Of a DNA stretch of 32,000 nucleotides, positions 1-10,200 are shown piece by piece. Both the position numbers and the translations under genes were made by a program. This DNA is from Parasynechococcus marenigrum WH 8102 (GTDB lineage: Bacteria; Cyanobacteriota; Cyanobacteriia; PCC-6307; Cyanobiaceae), in contig NC_005070.1 in NCBI RefSeq assembly GCF_000195975.1, forward strand, positions 2,040,001-2,072,000. The letters are read 5' to 3'. The notes below the pieces were generated by a model. The model was not told where the DNA came from. It made no database searches and saw only the letters and a list, made by a program, of their open reading frames with translations. Every line of letters starts with the position of its first letter. Position 1 is the first letter of the stretch.

Positions 1-278
1 TGGTGAACTTCTACATGGAGAACGCCGCCATCATTCGCCGCGAACTCAGTGGAGCGGGTCTCACCATTTACGGGGGCGAGCATGCGCCTTATGTCTGGAT
101 CAAGACCCCCGAAGGCATGGATTCCTGGGGTTTCTTTGACCACCTGTTGAACAAGGCCAACGTGGTAGGAACCCCTGGCAGTGGCTTCGGCGCCTCAGGT
201 GAGGGCTACTTCCGACTGTCCGCCTTCAACAGCCGCGCCAACGTGGATGCTGCTATGGCCCGAATCAAGGCCCTCTGA
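1..278 (+). CDS. dapL: LL-diaminopimelate aminotransferase, C-terminal fragment (5' end outside the window)
   Basis: ORF 3..278 runs off the left edge. Its translation (...[52 protein letters not shown]...) matches the conserved C-terminus of DapL-type PLP aminotransferases as I remember them from cyanobacteria. Confidence 0.8.
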   Translation, partial: VNFYMENAAIIRRELSGAGLTIYGGEHAPYVWIKTPEGMDSWGFFDHLLNKANVVGTPGSGFGASGEGYFRLSAFNSRANVDAAMARIKAL

Positions 279-324
279 GCAAGTCGTGCAACGATTTCCT
301 TTAGATTTGAATCTGCCGAACACC

Positions 325-645
325 ATGGCCATGGCGGTGGACACACCCACCCGTTCCCCCGGTGGAGCGGCGGTTATGGAAAAGGCACCCGAGCGGGTGC
401 GTAAACAGTCGCCTCGCTACAAGGTGCTGCTGCATAACGACCCTGTGAACACCATGGAATATGTGGTGACCACCTTGCGTCAGGTGGTGCCACAGCTGAG
501 TGAACAGGACGCCATGGCCGTGATGATCGAAGCTCACAACACGGGTGTCGGCCTTGTGATCGTGTGTGACCTTGAGCCGGCAGAGTTCTATTGCGAAACC
601 CTGAAAGCCAAGGGGCTCACCAGCACCATCGAGCCGGAAACCTGA
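325..645 (+). CDS. clpS: ATP-dependent Clp protease adaptor ClpS
   Basis: The translation ...YKVLLHNDPVNTMEYVVTTLRQVVPQLSEQDAMAVMIEAHNTGVGLVIVCDLEPAEFYCETLKAKGL... is a typical ClpS core. The ORF track starts at 181, inside dapL. The first ATG after the dapL stop is at 325 (MAMAVDTP...), and a later ATG at 376 is also possible. Confidence 0.85.
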   Translation: MAMAVDTPTRSPGGAAVMEKAPERVRKQSPRYKVLLHNDPVNTMEYVVTTLRQVVPQLSEQDAMAVMIEAHNTGVGLVIVCDLEPAEFYCETLKAKGLTSTIEPET

Positions 646-662
646 TCAGATCCCTGCTCAGG

Positions 663-1526
663 TTGCGGGATCAGTGCATTCAACGGAAGCCGTCATGGCT
701 TCCTGCGCTGCTGCTGATTCCAACGTTGTATGCAGTCGGCTGGCTTCTGACATGGCCGCTGATTCCCCTTGGGGTGCCCGCGGAACGCCAGGCCCTGATC
801 GGCACCCTGATCAGCTTTTTGCTGTTGGTTGGCCTGCTTCCCTGCTGGGCGCGGCTGCGATGGACATCGTCCAACGGCTGGGCAACCCTTGGACTGAGCA
901 GACGTGGTTGCCCGGATCGAAAGGCCCTGATTGCGGCACTGTTCGGCGGCTTGTCCTTGGCCCTGATCCTGCTGGGCATCGTCTTGCTGCCGATCCTTCT
1001 GGGCAGCTGGGGCCACTGGATTGGAGAGTGCACCCTGGACCGCGTCATCAATGCTCTGCTGCTGATCCTGGGTGTGGGGTTGGCGGAAGAACTGATCTTC
1101 CGGGCCTGGCTGTGGCGGGAACTCAACGAACTGATCAGTCCCCCAGCAGCCCTGCTAATCCAGGCGCTGGTGTTCAGCCTGGTACACACCCGGTTCAACC
1201 TTGGCGTGGGGCCGATGCTGGGACTGTTGATCGGCTTGTTTTTGCTGGGGATGGCTCTGGCCCTGCAACGCCGGCTGGATGGCGGATCCCTCTGGGGATG
1301 CGTTGGCCTCCATGGAGGCTTGGTTGGTGGCTGGTTTCTGATTCAGAGCGGTCTGATGCAGCTGTCACCGGACGCCCCAGCCTGGTTGGTGGGCCCGGGT
1401 GGACTATCCCCGAATCCCCTTGGAGGACTGATGGGCATCGGCGGTCTATTGCTGCTGCTTGGTGTTCAACTCACCGCTGTCGCCAGAGCAGCACGGCCGG
1501 AGACGGGGGCACGCAACGCATCCTGA
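663..1526 (+). CDS. CPBP family intramembrane metalloprotease (CAAX protease-like)
   Basis: Polytopic hydrophobic protein with the EExxxR motif (AEELIFRAW) and FxxxH motif (FSLVH) of the CPBP/Abi family. The frame has no ATG. The ORF track uses TTG at 591, which overlaps clpS by 55 nt. I prefer the in-frame TTG at 663, just after the clpS stop. The start is uncertain. Confidence 0.7.
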   Translation: MRDQCIQRKPSWLPALLLIPTLYAVGWLLTWPLIPLGVPAERQALIGTLISFLLLVGLLPCWARLRWTSSNGWATLGLSRRGCPDRKALIAALFGGLSLALILLGIVLLPILLGSWGHWIGECTLDRVINALLLILGVGLAEELIFRAWLWRELNELISPPAALLIQALVFSLVHTRFNLGVGPMLGLLIGLFLLGMALALQRRLDGGSLWGCVGLHGGLVGGWFLIQSGLMQLSPDAPAWLVGPGGLSPNPLGGLMGIGGLLLLLGVQLTAVARAARPETGARNAS

Positions 1527-3043
1527 AGCGGTGCTGAGCCGTAATCACGCTCGAGCAGGGACATGACCGTACGGCCGAAATCCGCCGGATTTTGGTCAAA
1601 GGCCTCGAGGCAGACCCGTCCAAAGGTGCTGCCCATCGGTTCCGGATTCCAGAGCAGCTTTCGAGCCGTCCACGGCATCATGCTCATTGGGTTGTATCCG
1701 GGCTTGATCAAGCCTTGATCAAAGCCGTATTGCTCCAGATGGGTATGGGGCTGCAGGCCGATGAAGAAAATTGCCGGCTCCACGCGATCCGATCCGAAAA
1801 TCGATTCCAGCTCACGGTGGTAGGCCACGGTCTGGCGGATGGTTTCGGGCCGTTCATCGATCACGTTGAACGAGTAGTTCACCGACACGTGATCCTGGAA
1901 GCCGGCATCCGCGAGCATCCGGCAACTGTCGAGCACAGTGCGGAGGTTGTAACCCATGCGCATTTTGCGAACGAGTTCCTGGGAGCCGGACGTGATGCCG
2001 ATCTCGAAGTAACTCATGCCCGTCTCCACCATGAGCTGGGCAAGCTCGGGGTCAAGGTTGTCGGCGCGGATGTAGGCAGCCCAACGGATCCCCGTCAGCC
2101 CCTCGGCTTTGATGGCTCTCAATAGGTCCTTGGCATCCTCGATGTAGCGACGTGCCGGGATGAACTGTGCATCGGTGAACCAGAAGCCACGGACGCCACG
2201 GTCGTAGAGCTGGCGCATCTCCTTCACCACCTCCTCCACCGGGTTGAGGCGCACCTGCTTCCCCTCCACCACGGTGTAAACGCAGTAACAACAGTTGTGA
2301 GGGCAGCCGCGTTTGGTCTGAACGCCCACGTAGAAGTCGCCGCCCTCGAGATACCAATCGAGCTGAGGCCAGATCGAAGCGATGTAGTCGTAATTGCAGG
2401 CCGTTTTGGGTCGACTTTCCGGCTGTTCGTGGATCAACCCAGGCCGTGGCGCTGCTCCGACCACAAAACAACGCTCTCCGTCCAGGGAGTCACCCTGAAT
2501 CAACTTCTCGAGCAGAGGCTCCCCCTCGCCGATGGAGACGATCGTGCCCTTCGGCAGCGACTTGCTCAACTGCTCGTAGAACACGCTGACGGCGCCACCC
2601 CCCAGCACGGCGCGAGCGGCTGGATGGTGGCGACGGGCCTGGCGAAGACCGGATCGCACCAAACCTTGATTACGGAACAACTCTCCGTAATGACTGGTCA
2701 TCAGCCGCAGTCCACCCAGGGCACCGTGCAGGCGCTTGAGCGGATTGCGGGCGTAAAAAACTTCGAAGGAGTTCTGAAGGGGGTTGCCGCCACGGCCGTC
2801 GACCGGTGCGTAGATCTGAATGTCCCGCCAGGAGAACACCAGGAGCGTGGGGCGGAACTGATCCACGGTGGAGATCAGCACCCTCTGAACGTCAAGAACT
2901 GGCAGTGCCGCTAGATCAAGGATGCGCTGCGGCATCCCGGGAAAGCACTTGTGGAGATGGTCCGCCAGGTAGATCGGACCGATCGGAAAAATTGGATTGC
3001 AGGGCAGCCGCACCAGCAGCACCCGTTCCTGATTTGGGGACAA
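1466..3043 (-). CDS. B12-binding-domain / radical SAM protein (cyanobacterial family I recall being annotated as a PSII high-light acclimation radical SAM protein)
   Basis: 525-aa ORF with a CX3CX2C radical SAM cluster motif (RGCPHNCCYCVY) and an N-terminal region typical of class B (cobalamin-binding) radical SAM enzymes. Third codon positions are GC-rich. Its 3' end overlaps the CPBP gene by 61 nt in convergent orientation. Confidence 0.8.
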   Translation of the reverse strand: MSPNQERVLLVRLPCNPIFPIGPIYLADHLHKCFPGMPQRILDLAALPVLDVQRVLISTVDQFRPTLLVFSWRDIQIYAPVDGRGGNPLQNSFEVFYARNPLKRLHGALGGLRLMTSHYGELFRNQGLVRSGLRQARRHHPAARAVLGGGAVSVFYEQLSKSLPKGTIVSIGEGEPLLEKLIQGDSLDGERCFVVGAAPRPGLIHEQPESRPKTACNYDYIASIWPQLDWYLEGGDFYVGVQTKRGCPHNCCYCVYTVVEGKQVRLNPVEEVVKEMRQLYDRGVRGFWFTDAQFIPARRYIEDAKDLLRAIKAEGLTGIRWAAYIRADNLDPELAQLMVETGMSYFEIGITSGSQELVRKMRMGYNLRTVLDSCRMLADAGFQDHVSVNYSFNVIDERPETIRQTVAYHRELESIFGSDRVEPAIFFIGLQPHTHLEQYGFDQGLIKPGYNPMSMMPWTARKLLWNPEPMGSTFGRVCLEAFDQNPADFGRTVMSLLERDYGSAPLQDALRAPVSGRAALATAVS

Positions 3044-3225
3044 CGCAGCTGCTGCAGGGCCTTTTGGACGCTAACAAGCGCGATGACGAACGGCGCTCAA
3101 CCATCCTTCACATTTGCTTTGTAAACGGGCGAACACACCTCTCAACCTTCCGTTACATTGGCGTGAGGCAGGGCACACCTGCCCTTCCTTAAACCGTTCC
3201 TTCGGGAACACTCCTTTCCGTTCTC
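3044..3225. promoter_or_regulatory. Divergent control region between the radical SAM gene and psbA, including the psbA 5' leader
   Basis: 182-bp non-coding gap between two divergent starts. It has a possible -10 element TACATT at 3154-3159, but I could not find a convincing -35. A 6-bp GC-rich hairpin (GGCAGG-gcaca-CCTGCC) lies at 3167-3183. Promoter positions are not determined. Confidence 0.35.
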
Positions 3226-4305
3226 ATGACCACCACCCTCCAGCAGCGCTCCGGCGCTTCCAGCTGGCAGGCCTTCTGCGAGTGGGTCACCTCCACCAAC
3301 AACCGTCTTTATGTCGGTTGGTTCGGTGTGCTGATGATCCCCACCCTGCTGGCTGCCACCATCTGCTTCGTCATCGCTTTCGTCGCCGCTCCTCCGGTTG
3401 ACATCGATGGCATCCGCGAGCCTGTCGCTGGCTCCCTGATCTACGGCAACAACATCATCTCCGGTGCTGTTGTTCCTTCCAGCAACGCCATCGGCCTGCA
3501 CTTCTATCCCATCTGGGAAGCCGCTTCTCTCGATGAGTGGCTGTACAACGGCGGTCCTTTCCAGCTCGTCGTCTTCCACTTCCTGATCGGCATCTACGCC
3601 TACATGGGTCGTGAGTGGGAACTCTCCTACCGCCTGGGCATGCGCCCCTGGATCTGCGTCGCCTACAGCGCACCTGTCGCTGCTGCCTCTGCAGTCTTCC
3701 TGGTCTACCCCTTCGGTCAGGGCTCCTTCTCTGACGCCATGCCCCTGGGCATCTCCGGCACGTTCAACTACATGCTGGTGTTCCAGGCTGAGCACAACAT
3801 CCTGATGCACCCCTTCCACATGCTGGGTGTTGCAGGTGTGTTCGGTGGCTCCTTGTTCTCCGCCATGCACGGCTCCCTGGTGACCTCCTCCCTGGTGCGT
3901 GAAACCACCGAGACCGAGTCCCAGAACTACGGCTACAAGTTTGGCCAAGAGGAAGAGACTTACAACATCGTGGCTGCCCACGGTTACTTCGGTCGCCTGA
4001 TCTTCCAATACGCCTCCTTCAACAACAGCCGTAGCCTCCACTTCTTCCTGGCTGCCTGGCCTGTTGTCGGTATCTGGTTCACCGCCCTGGGCGTGTCAAC
4101 CATGGCCTTCAACCTGAACGGCTTCAACTTCAACCAGTCCATCCTTGATGGTCAGGGCCGCGTCCTGAACACCTGGGCCGACGTGTTGAACCGTGCCGGC
4201 CTCGGCATGGAAGTGATGCACGAGCGCAACGCTCACAACTTCCCCCTCGACCTGGCTGCTGCTGAGTCCACTCCTGTGGCTCTGCAGGCTCCTGCCATCG
4301 GTTGA
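3226..4305 (+). CDS. psbA: Photosystem II reaction centre protein D1, Glu-130 (D1:2-type) isoform
   Basis: Unmistakable 359-aa D1 sequence ([39 protein letters not shown]...[23 protein letters not shown]) with a C-terminal extension after ...LDLA. Residue 130 by my count is E, in the context GREWELSY. Confidence 0.98.
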   Translation: MTTTLQQRSGASSWQAFCEWVTSTNNRLYVGWFGVLMIPTLLAATICFVIAFVAAPPVDIDGIREPVAGSLIYGNNIISGAVVPSSNAIGLHFYPIWEAASLDEWLYNGGPFQLVVFHFLIGIYAYMGREWELSYRLGMRPWICVAYSAPVAAASAVFLVYPFGQGSFSDAMPLGISGTFNYMLVFQAEHNILMHPFHMLGVAGVFGGSLFSAMHGSLVTSSLVRETTETESQNYGYKFGQEEETYNIVAAHGYFGRLIFQYASFNNSRSLHFFLAAWPVVGIWFTALGVSTMAFNLNGFNFNQSILDGQGRVLNTWADVLNRAGLGMEVMHERNAHNFPLDLAAAESTPVALQAPAIG

Positions 4306-4364
4306 TCTGGAATCAACCTGTTCCCTCGGGAATAGAACAAGCGATTCAGATCAACTGAATCGGA

Positions 4365-4396
4365 AAGCCCTCACCAATCGGTGGGGGCTTTTTGTT
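4365..4396 (+). terminator. Rho-independent terminator of psbA
   Basis: 11-bp stem AAGCCCTCACC / GGTGGGGGCTT (one G-U pair) with loop AATC, followed by TTTGTT. It lies about 60 nt after the psbA stop. Confidence 0.75.
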
Positions 4397-4438
4397 GTGA
4401 AAACGCCTCCAACATCCAGTTCCAGCCACAATGCCGCC

Positions 4439-4819
4439 ATGAGCCACTTCATCTCCACTCGGCTGCTGCTGTTGCTGGCACTGTCTCTGCCAGCTCAAGC
4501 TGCCGGCACGCCACCAACCTGGCCAAGCAAGGATCAATTGCGTGCCGTTCAGAGCGCCGCTTTTGACTGTTCCAGGGAGAACACCAAGGAAACCTGCGAT
4601 CGCGCACGGTCTCTGGCTGACCCCCTAATGGATCACCCTTTGCTGCCTGGAGTCTGCAAAGACGTGGTCTGGAGTCTGTTGGAGCAGGCCAGAGTGGCGC
4701 CGAGTAACGACTACAAACGTCGCGACGCCATCGACGAACCTGCACGGAGGATCACGCGGATCTGTGCCAAACCGGCCAAACCGAAGAAACCCAAACCGGT
4801 TGCACCGACCCAGTCGTGA
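4439..4819 (+). CDS. Hypothetical secreted protein with signal peptide, four Cys and a Lys/Pro-rich tail
   Basis: Starting at the ATG at 4439, the N-terminus MSHFISTRLLLLLALSLPAQA|AG looks like a Sec signal peptide. The C-terminus is KPAKPKKPKPVAPTQS. Third codon positions are GC-rich. The ORF track start (GTG at 4397) lies inside the psbA terminator and is unlikely. Confidence 0.6.
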   Translation: MSHFISTRLLLLLALSLPAQAAGTPPTWPSKDQLRAVQSAAFDCSRENTKETCDRARSLADPLMDHPLLPGVCKDVVWSLLEQARVAPSNDYKRRDAIDEPARRITRICAKPAKPKKPKPVAPTQS

Positions 4820-5089
4820 TTAGTCGAAGTCGAAGCTGAAGCGCTGACCCTGCATCAGCTTGCTCACTTCAGCGCGGATTTCCTTCAGCAATGCTGCACT
4901 CACCTTTGGGTGCTTTTTGATCTCATCCACAAAGCTCTGTACATCGGCAGCCGTCAGGCCGTGGCTGCTGATCCTCGACTCAACCTTGTTGCGAAACTCC
5001 TCCAGCAAAGCCTTCTGATTGTCGCTGAGGGCCTTGGAACCGGGATGGGTGACGTCCCATGGTGAGTGGAGGGCGATTCGCTTCCGCAC
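4820..5089 (-). CDS. Hypothetical small protein (about 89 aa)
   Basis: The last ~89 codons of the 566-aa minus-strand ORF 4820..6520 lie outside pgm. They encode a plausible helical, charged protein (..HSPWDVTHPGSKALSDNQKALLEEFRNKVESRISSHGLTAADVQSFVDEIKKHPKVSAALLKEIRAEVSKLMQGQRFSFDFD) with host-like GC-rich third positions. The proposed start is GTG at 5089, since there is no in-frame ATG between the pgm start and this region. The start is uncertain. Confidence 0.5.
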   Translation of the reverse strand: MRKRIALHSPWDVTHPGSKALSDNQKALLEEFRNKVESRISSHGLTAADVQSFVDEIKKHPKVSAALLKEIRAEVSKLMQGQRFSFDFD

Positions 5090-5125
5090 GATGGCAACCC
5101 CGGCTCGGCTGACCACCACAGGTAA

Positions 5126-6862
<1,737 letters not shown>

Positions 6863-6896
6863 GGAGCTGAAACAGTTCCATCAACTCCTGTCATGC

Positions 6897-6924
6897 AAAA
6901 GCCACCCCTCGGGGTGGCTTTTTT
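6897..6924. terminator. Bidirectional rho-independent terminator shared by pgm (+) and the RND operon (-)
   Basis: AAAAGCCACCC-ctcg-GGGTGGCTTTTTT. The GC-rich stem is flanked by an A-run on one side and a T-run on the other, so it reads as a terminator on both strands. It sits between convergent genes. Confidence 0.75.
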
Positions 6925-6936
6925 GATGGGTTCAAG

Positions 6937-7233
6937 TCAAAGAGGTCGCCGGCCGCGATAAGGATTCTTCTGGCGATAAAGCGGATCCGTTGCCTCTTCT
7001 TGCAATTGACGGGTGGCTTCGATGGCAAAACCACCAAGGCCCCCCGAGGTAATCACCATCAGATAGAAGAGCCGCAAGCGACGTAGGTCAATCTCCGCAG
7101 GGGTGTTATCAATCAGCACCTTGAGGAAATACGCCACCGCAGCGCCCAAGGAACAGCCGATGGCGATAGCCACCAGAACACGCATCCCACTGAAGGGCTT
7201 GCTCTGATTCAGGTCGGACTTCTGCTCTGACAT
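6937..7233 (-). CDS. Small two-TM membrane protein, last gene of the RND operon
   Basis: 98 aa with two hydrophobic segments (MRVLVAIAIGCSLGAAVAYFL and LFYLMVITSGGLGGFAI). Its ATG shares one nucleotide with the TGA stop of the RND pump gene (TGATG at 7231-7235). It is followed by the terminator at 6897-6924. Confidence 0.6.
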   Translation of the reverse strand: MSEQKSDLNQSKPFSGMRVLVAIAIGCSLGAAVAYFLKVLIDNTPAEIDLRRLRLFYLMVITSGGLGGFAIEATRQLQEEATDPLYRQKNPYRGRRPL

Positions 7234-10200
7234 CAGCTCGGCTGGGCAGTTGGGCTGGGAGCATCGTCCTGTGGCTTGGCATCGGCCTGACCCAGCAGCG
7301 ACTTCAACACCACATAGAACACAGGCACCACAAGGGTGGAGAGGAAGGTCGCCACCAGCAGACCACCGAACACCACCAGACCCAGAGACGACTGGCTCTG
7401 GGCACCAGCACCACTGGCCAGCATCAGCGGAAGGAAGCCGGTAAGTGAGGAAATCGCCGTCATCAGGATCGGACGCAGACGCGACTTGGCTGAGAACTTG
7501 GCGGCCTCCAGCGCCGACTCCCCTTCACCCATCTTCTGGTTGGCCAGGTCGACGATCAGAATCGCGTTGCCGCCCGCCAGACCAATCAGCATCACCAGGC
7601 CCACCTGGGCGTAGATGTTGAGCACCTGGCCGGCCCCGCCAAGGAACACCAGAGCGCCAAGCAAGGCGGTAGGAACCGTCAGCAGGATGATGATCGGATC
7701 GGAGTAGCTCTCGTACTGGGCCGACAGCACCAGGAACACCGCCAGGATGCCCAGAGCAAAAATCACCACAGCCAGGGAACCAGCTTTCACCTCTTCACGG
7801 GAGATGCCGGTCCAATCGAAGCCGAGGCCCTGGTAGCTGCCGGTATTGAAGATCTGCTTCATCGCTCCGATCGCCTGGCCGGAGCTGTTGCCTTCATTAG
7901 GCGTGCCCTCGATCTTGATCGATCGGTAGAGATTGAAGTGGGGGATCACGCTGGGCCCCACGGTTTGTTTAACCGTGAAGAACTCCGAAAGCGGCACCTG
8001 CTCACCCTGGGAATTGGGCACATAGATGGCAGAGAGTCGCTGGGGAGTGGCCCGACTCACTTCGTCGGCCTGCACGTAGACCCGCCGCACCTTGCCCTCT
8101 TGGAAGGTGTCGTTGACGTAGGCACCACCAAAATTGACGCTGAAGGCCGACATGGCGGACCCGAAGTCCACCCCGAGAGATGCCATCTGCTCACGATCCA
8201 CATCGATCTTGTACTGCGGAGCCTGAGGTGAGAACAACGAGTAAACGCGGTTCAGCACGGGGTTGGCGTTACCGGCCTGCATGATCTGCTGCGCCGTGCC
8301 AAAGAATTCATTCAGCGTGTAAGCACCGCTGCTTTGGTCAAGCAGCTGGAACTCAAAGCCACCACCGGTTCCATAACCGGGGATCGAGGGGGGCTCCACC
8401 ACGAACACCCGCCCGGCATCGATAGCGCTGTACATCTTGGCGTTGAGCCGTTTCACCACAGCACCCACCGTGTGATCGTTGCCCGGGCGCTCGTCCCAAT
8501 GATTCATGCCGATGAAGAACAGGCCCTTGTTGGGAGCGTTGCCATCGAGGCTGGCGCCGCTGAACAGAGCGGCTGAGGCGATGTCTTCTTCCGAACGCAG
8601 CACGTCGGCCACCTGGCGGTTGATCGCCAGGGTCTTCTCATTCGACACGCCATCGGGCGCCTGCACAAAGCCGATGGCATAGCCCTGGTCTTCGATCGGC
8701 ACGAAGCCGCCGGGGATATGGGTGAAGGCAAAGCCAGTGAGCAGGATGCCTGCCGCCAATGCCGCCATCCCGATTGGACGGGCCTTCAACACCGCATCCA
8801 AGATGGATGCATAGCGCTTCTCAAAACCGCCATAGAAGCGGTTGAAATTGCTGAAGATGACCGGAACGAAGTAGCCCACCACCAGGCCGATGGCGGTGAA
8901 CAGCACCACTGGAATCGGGTTGCTGAAGATCACCCCGGTGGTGACCACACCCACTGCAGCGCCACCGGCAGTGAAGGGAAGACGCAGAGGCAGGCCTGTG
9001 ATCTTGCCGGCAATGAAACCGATCACGGCACCGATCACGGTTGGGATCAGGGCAGCTGCGGCCCCATTGCCCGCACTGAGCAGGCCGTACATGAAGCCAA
9101 GAACAACGCCCGCTGTGGCGTACTGATTGCGGCTGAGCTCCTTCGTTTCACGAGAAAGCAACAAGGCCGAAAGCATCGGCGAGAAGGTGAGGGCGTTGAA
9201 GGTTGAGATGCCGATCGAAAAAAGGATCGTGGCGGCGAACTGCTTGTAGATCGTGCCGGTGGCACCCGGGAAGAACAGCACCGGCAGGAACACGGCCATC
9301 TTCACCAGGGAGGTGGCGATCACAGCTCCGAACAGTTCATCCATGGTTTCCATGGCCGCCTGCACGGACGTCATCCCCTCGGCCTTTTTGGCTGAGGTGT
9401 CTTCCACCACGGTGATGGCGTCATCCACCACCAAACCTGTGGCCAGCACCAGGCCAAACAGGGTGAGCTGGTTGAGCGAGAAACCGAAGGCCAGCACCAG
9501 GGCAAAGGTGCCGATGAGGGCCACCGGGATGGCAATGGCAGGAACCAGGGTGGCTTTCCAGTTCTGCAGGAACAGGAACAGGATCAGCACCACCAGGATT
9601 ACGGCATCCCGCAGGGAGTTGGTCACACCCTTGATCGACTGGTTGATGAAGTCCGTGGTGTCGTAGATCTTCTGAACACCGAGGCCCACCGGCAAAGTTT
9701 TCTCGAATACATCGAGCACATCCTTCACACCGTTGGACACCTCAATGGCGTTACTGCCGGAAAGCTGATAAATGGCGATACCGACGGAAGGGGTGCCTTT
9801 GAGATCCATAGCGTCGATGCCATAGGTCTCACCACCGAGCTCCACACGGCCCACATCCTTCAGGCGAACCAAACCTCCGGCATCCGTCGTGCGTAGAACG
9901 ATGTTTTCAAATTCCTGAACGGTGGTGAGACGACCCTGCAGCTGCACCGTGAAGGTGTATTCCTGACCTTCCGGAGCCGGTGCACCGCCGATTTTGCCGG
10001 CAGGAACGAGGCGGTTCTGGCTTTTCAACTGTTGGACAACATCCGTGGCCGAAAGGTTGTTGGCCGTCAGTTTTTCCGGATCCAGCCAGAGGCGGAAGGC
10101 GATCTTCCTGTTGCCGAAATAAGTAACATCACCAACGCCTTTGACGCGCTTGACATTGTCGGTGAGGTTTTTATCGAGATATCCACTGATCGTCTCCACT

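Noticed and set aside
1466-1526. A 61-nt convergent overlap between the 3' ends of the CPBP and radical SAM genes.
   Set aside because: Both C-terminal tails are Ala/Arg-rich and look poorly constrained. This is probably just late stop codons in GC-rich DNA, and it is not evidence of a functional antisense arrangement.
674-1537. A 287-aa ORF in an alternative plus-strand frame within the CPBP gene.
   Set aside because: The frame that reads as a polytopic membrane protein with CPBP motifs is the convincing one. This frame gives Pro/Arg/Gly-rich low-complexity sequence.
3142-4041. A 299-aa ORF antisense to psbA.
   Set aside because: It is a shadow ORF opposite an unmistakable D1 gene, with a low-complexity Gly/Asp/Val-rich translation.
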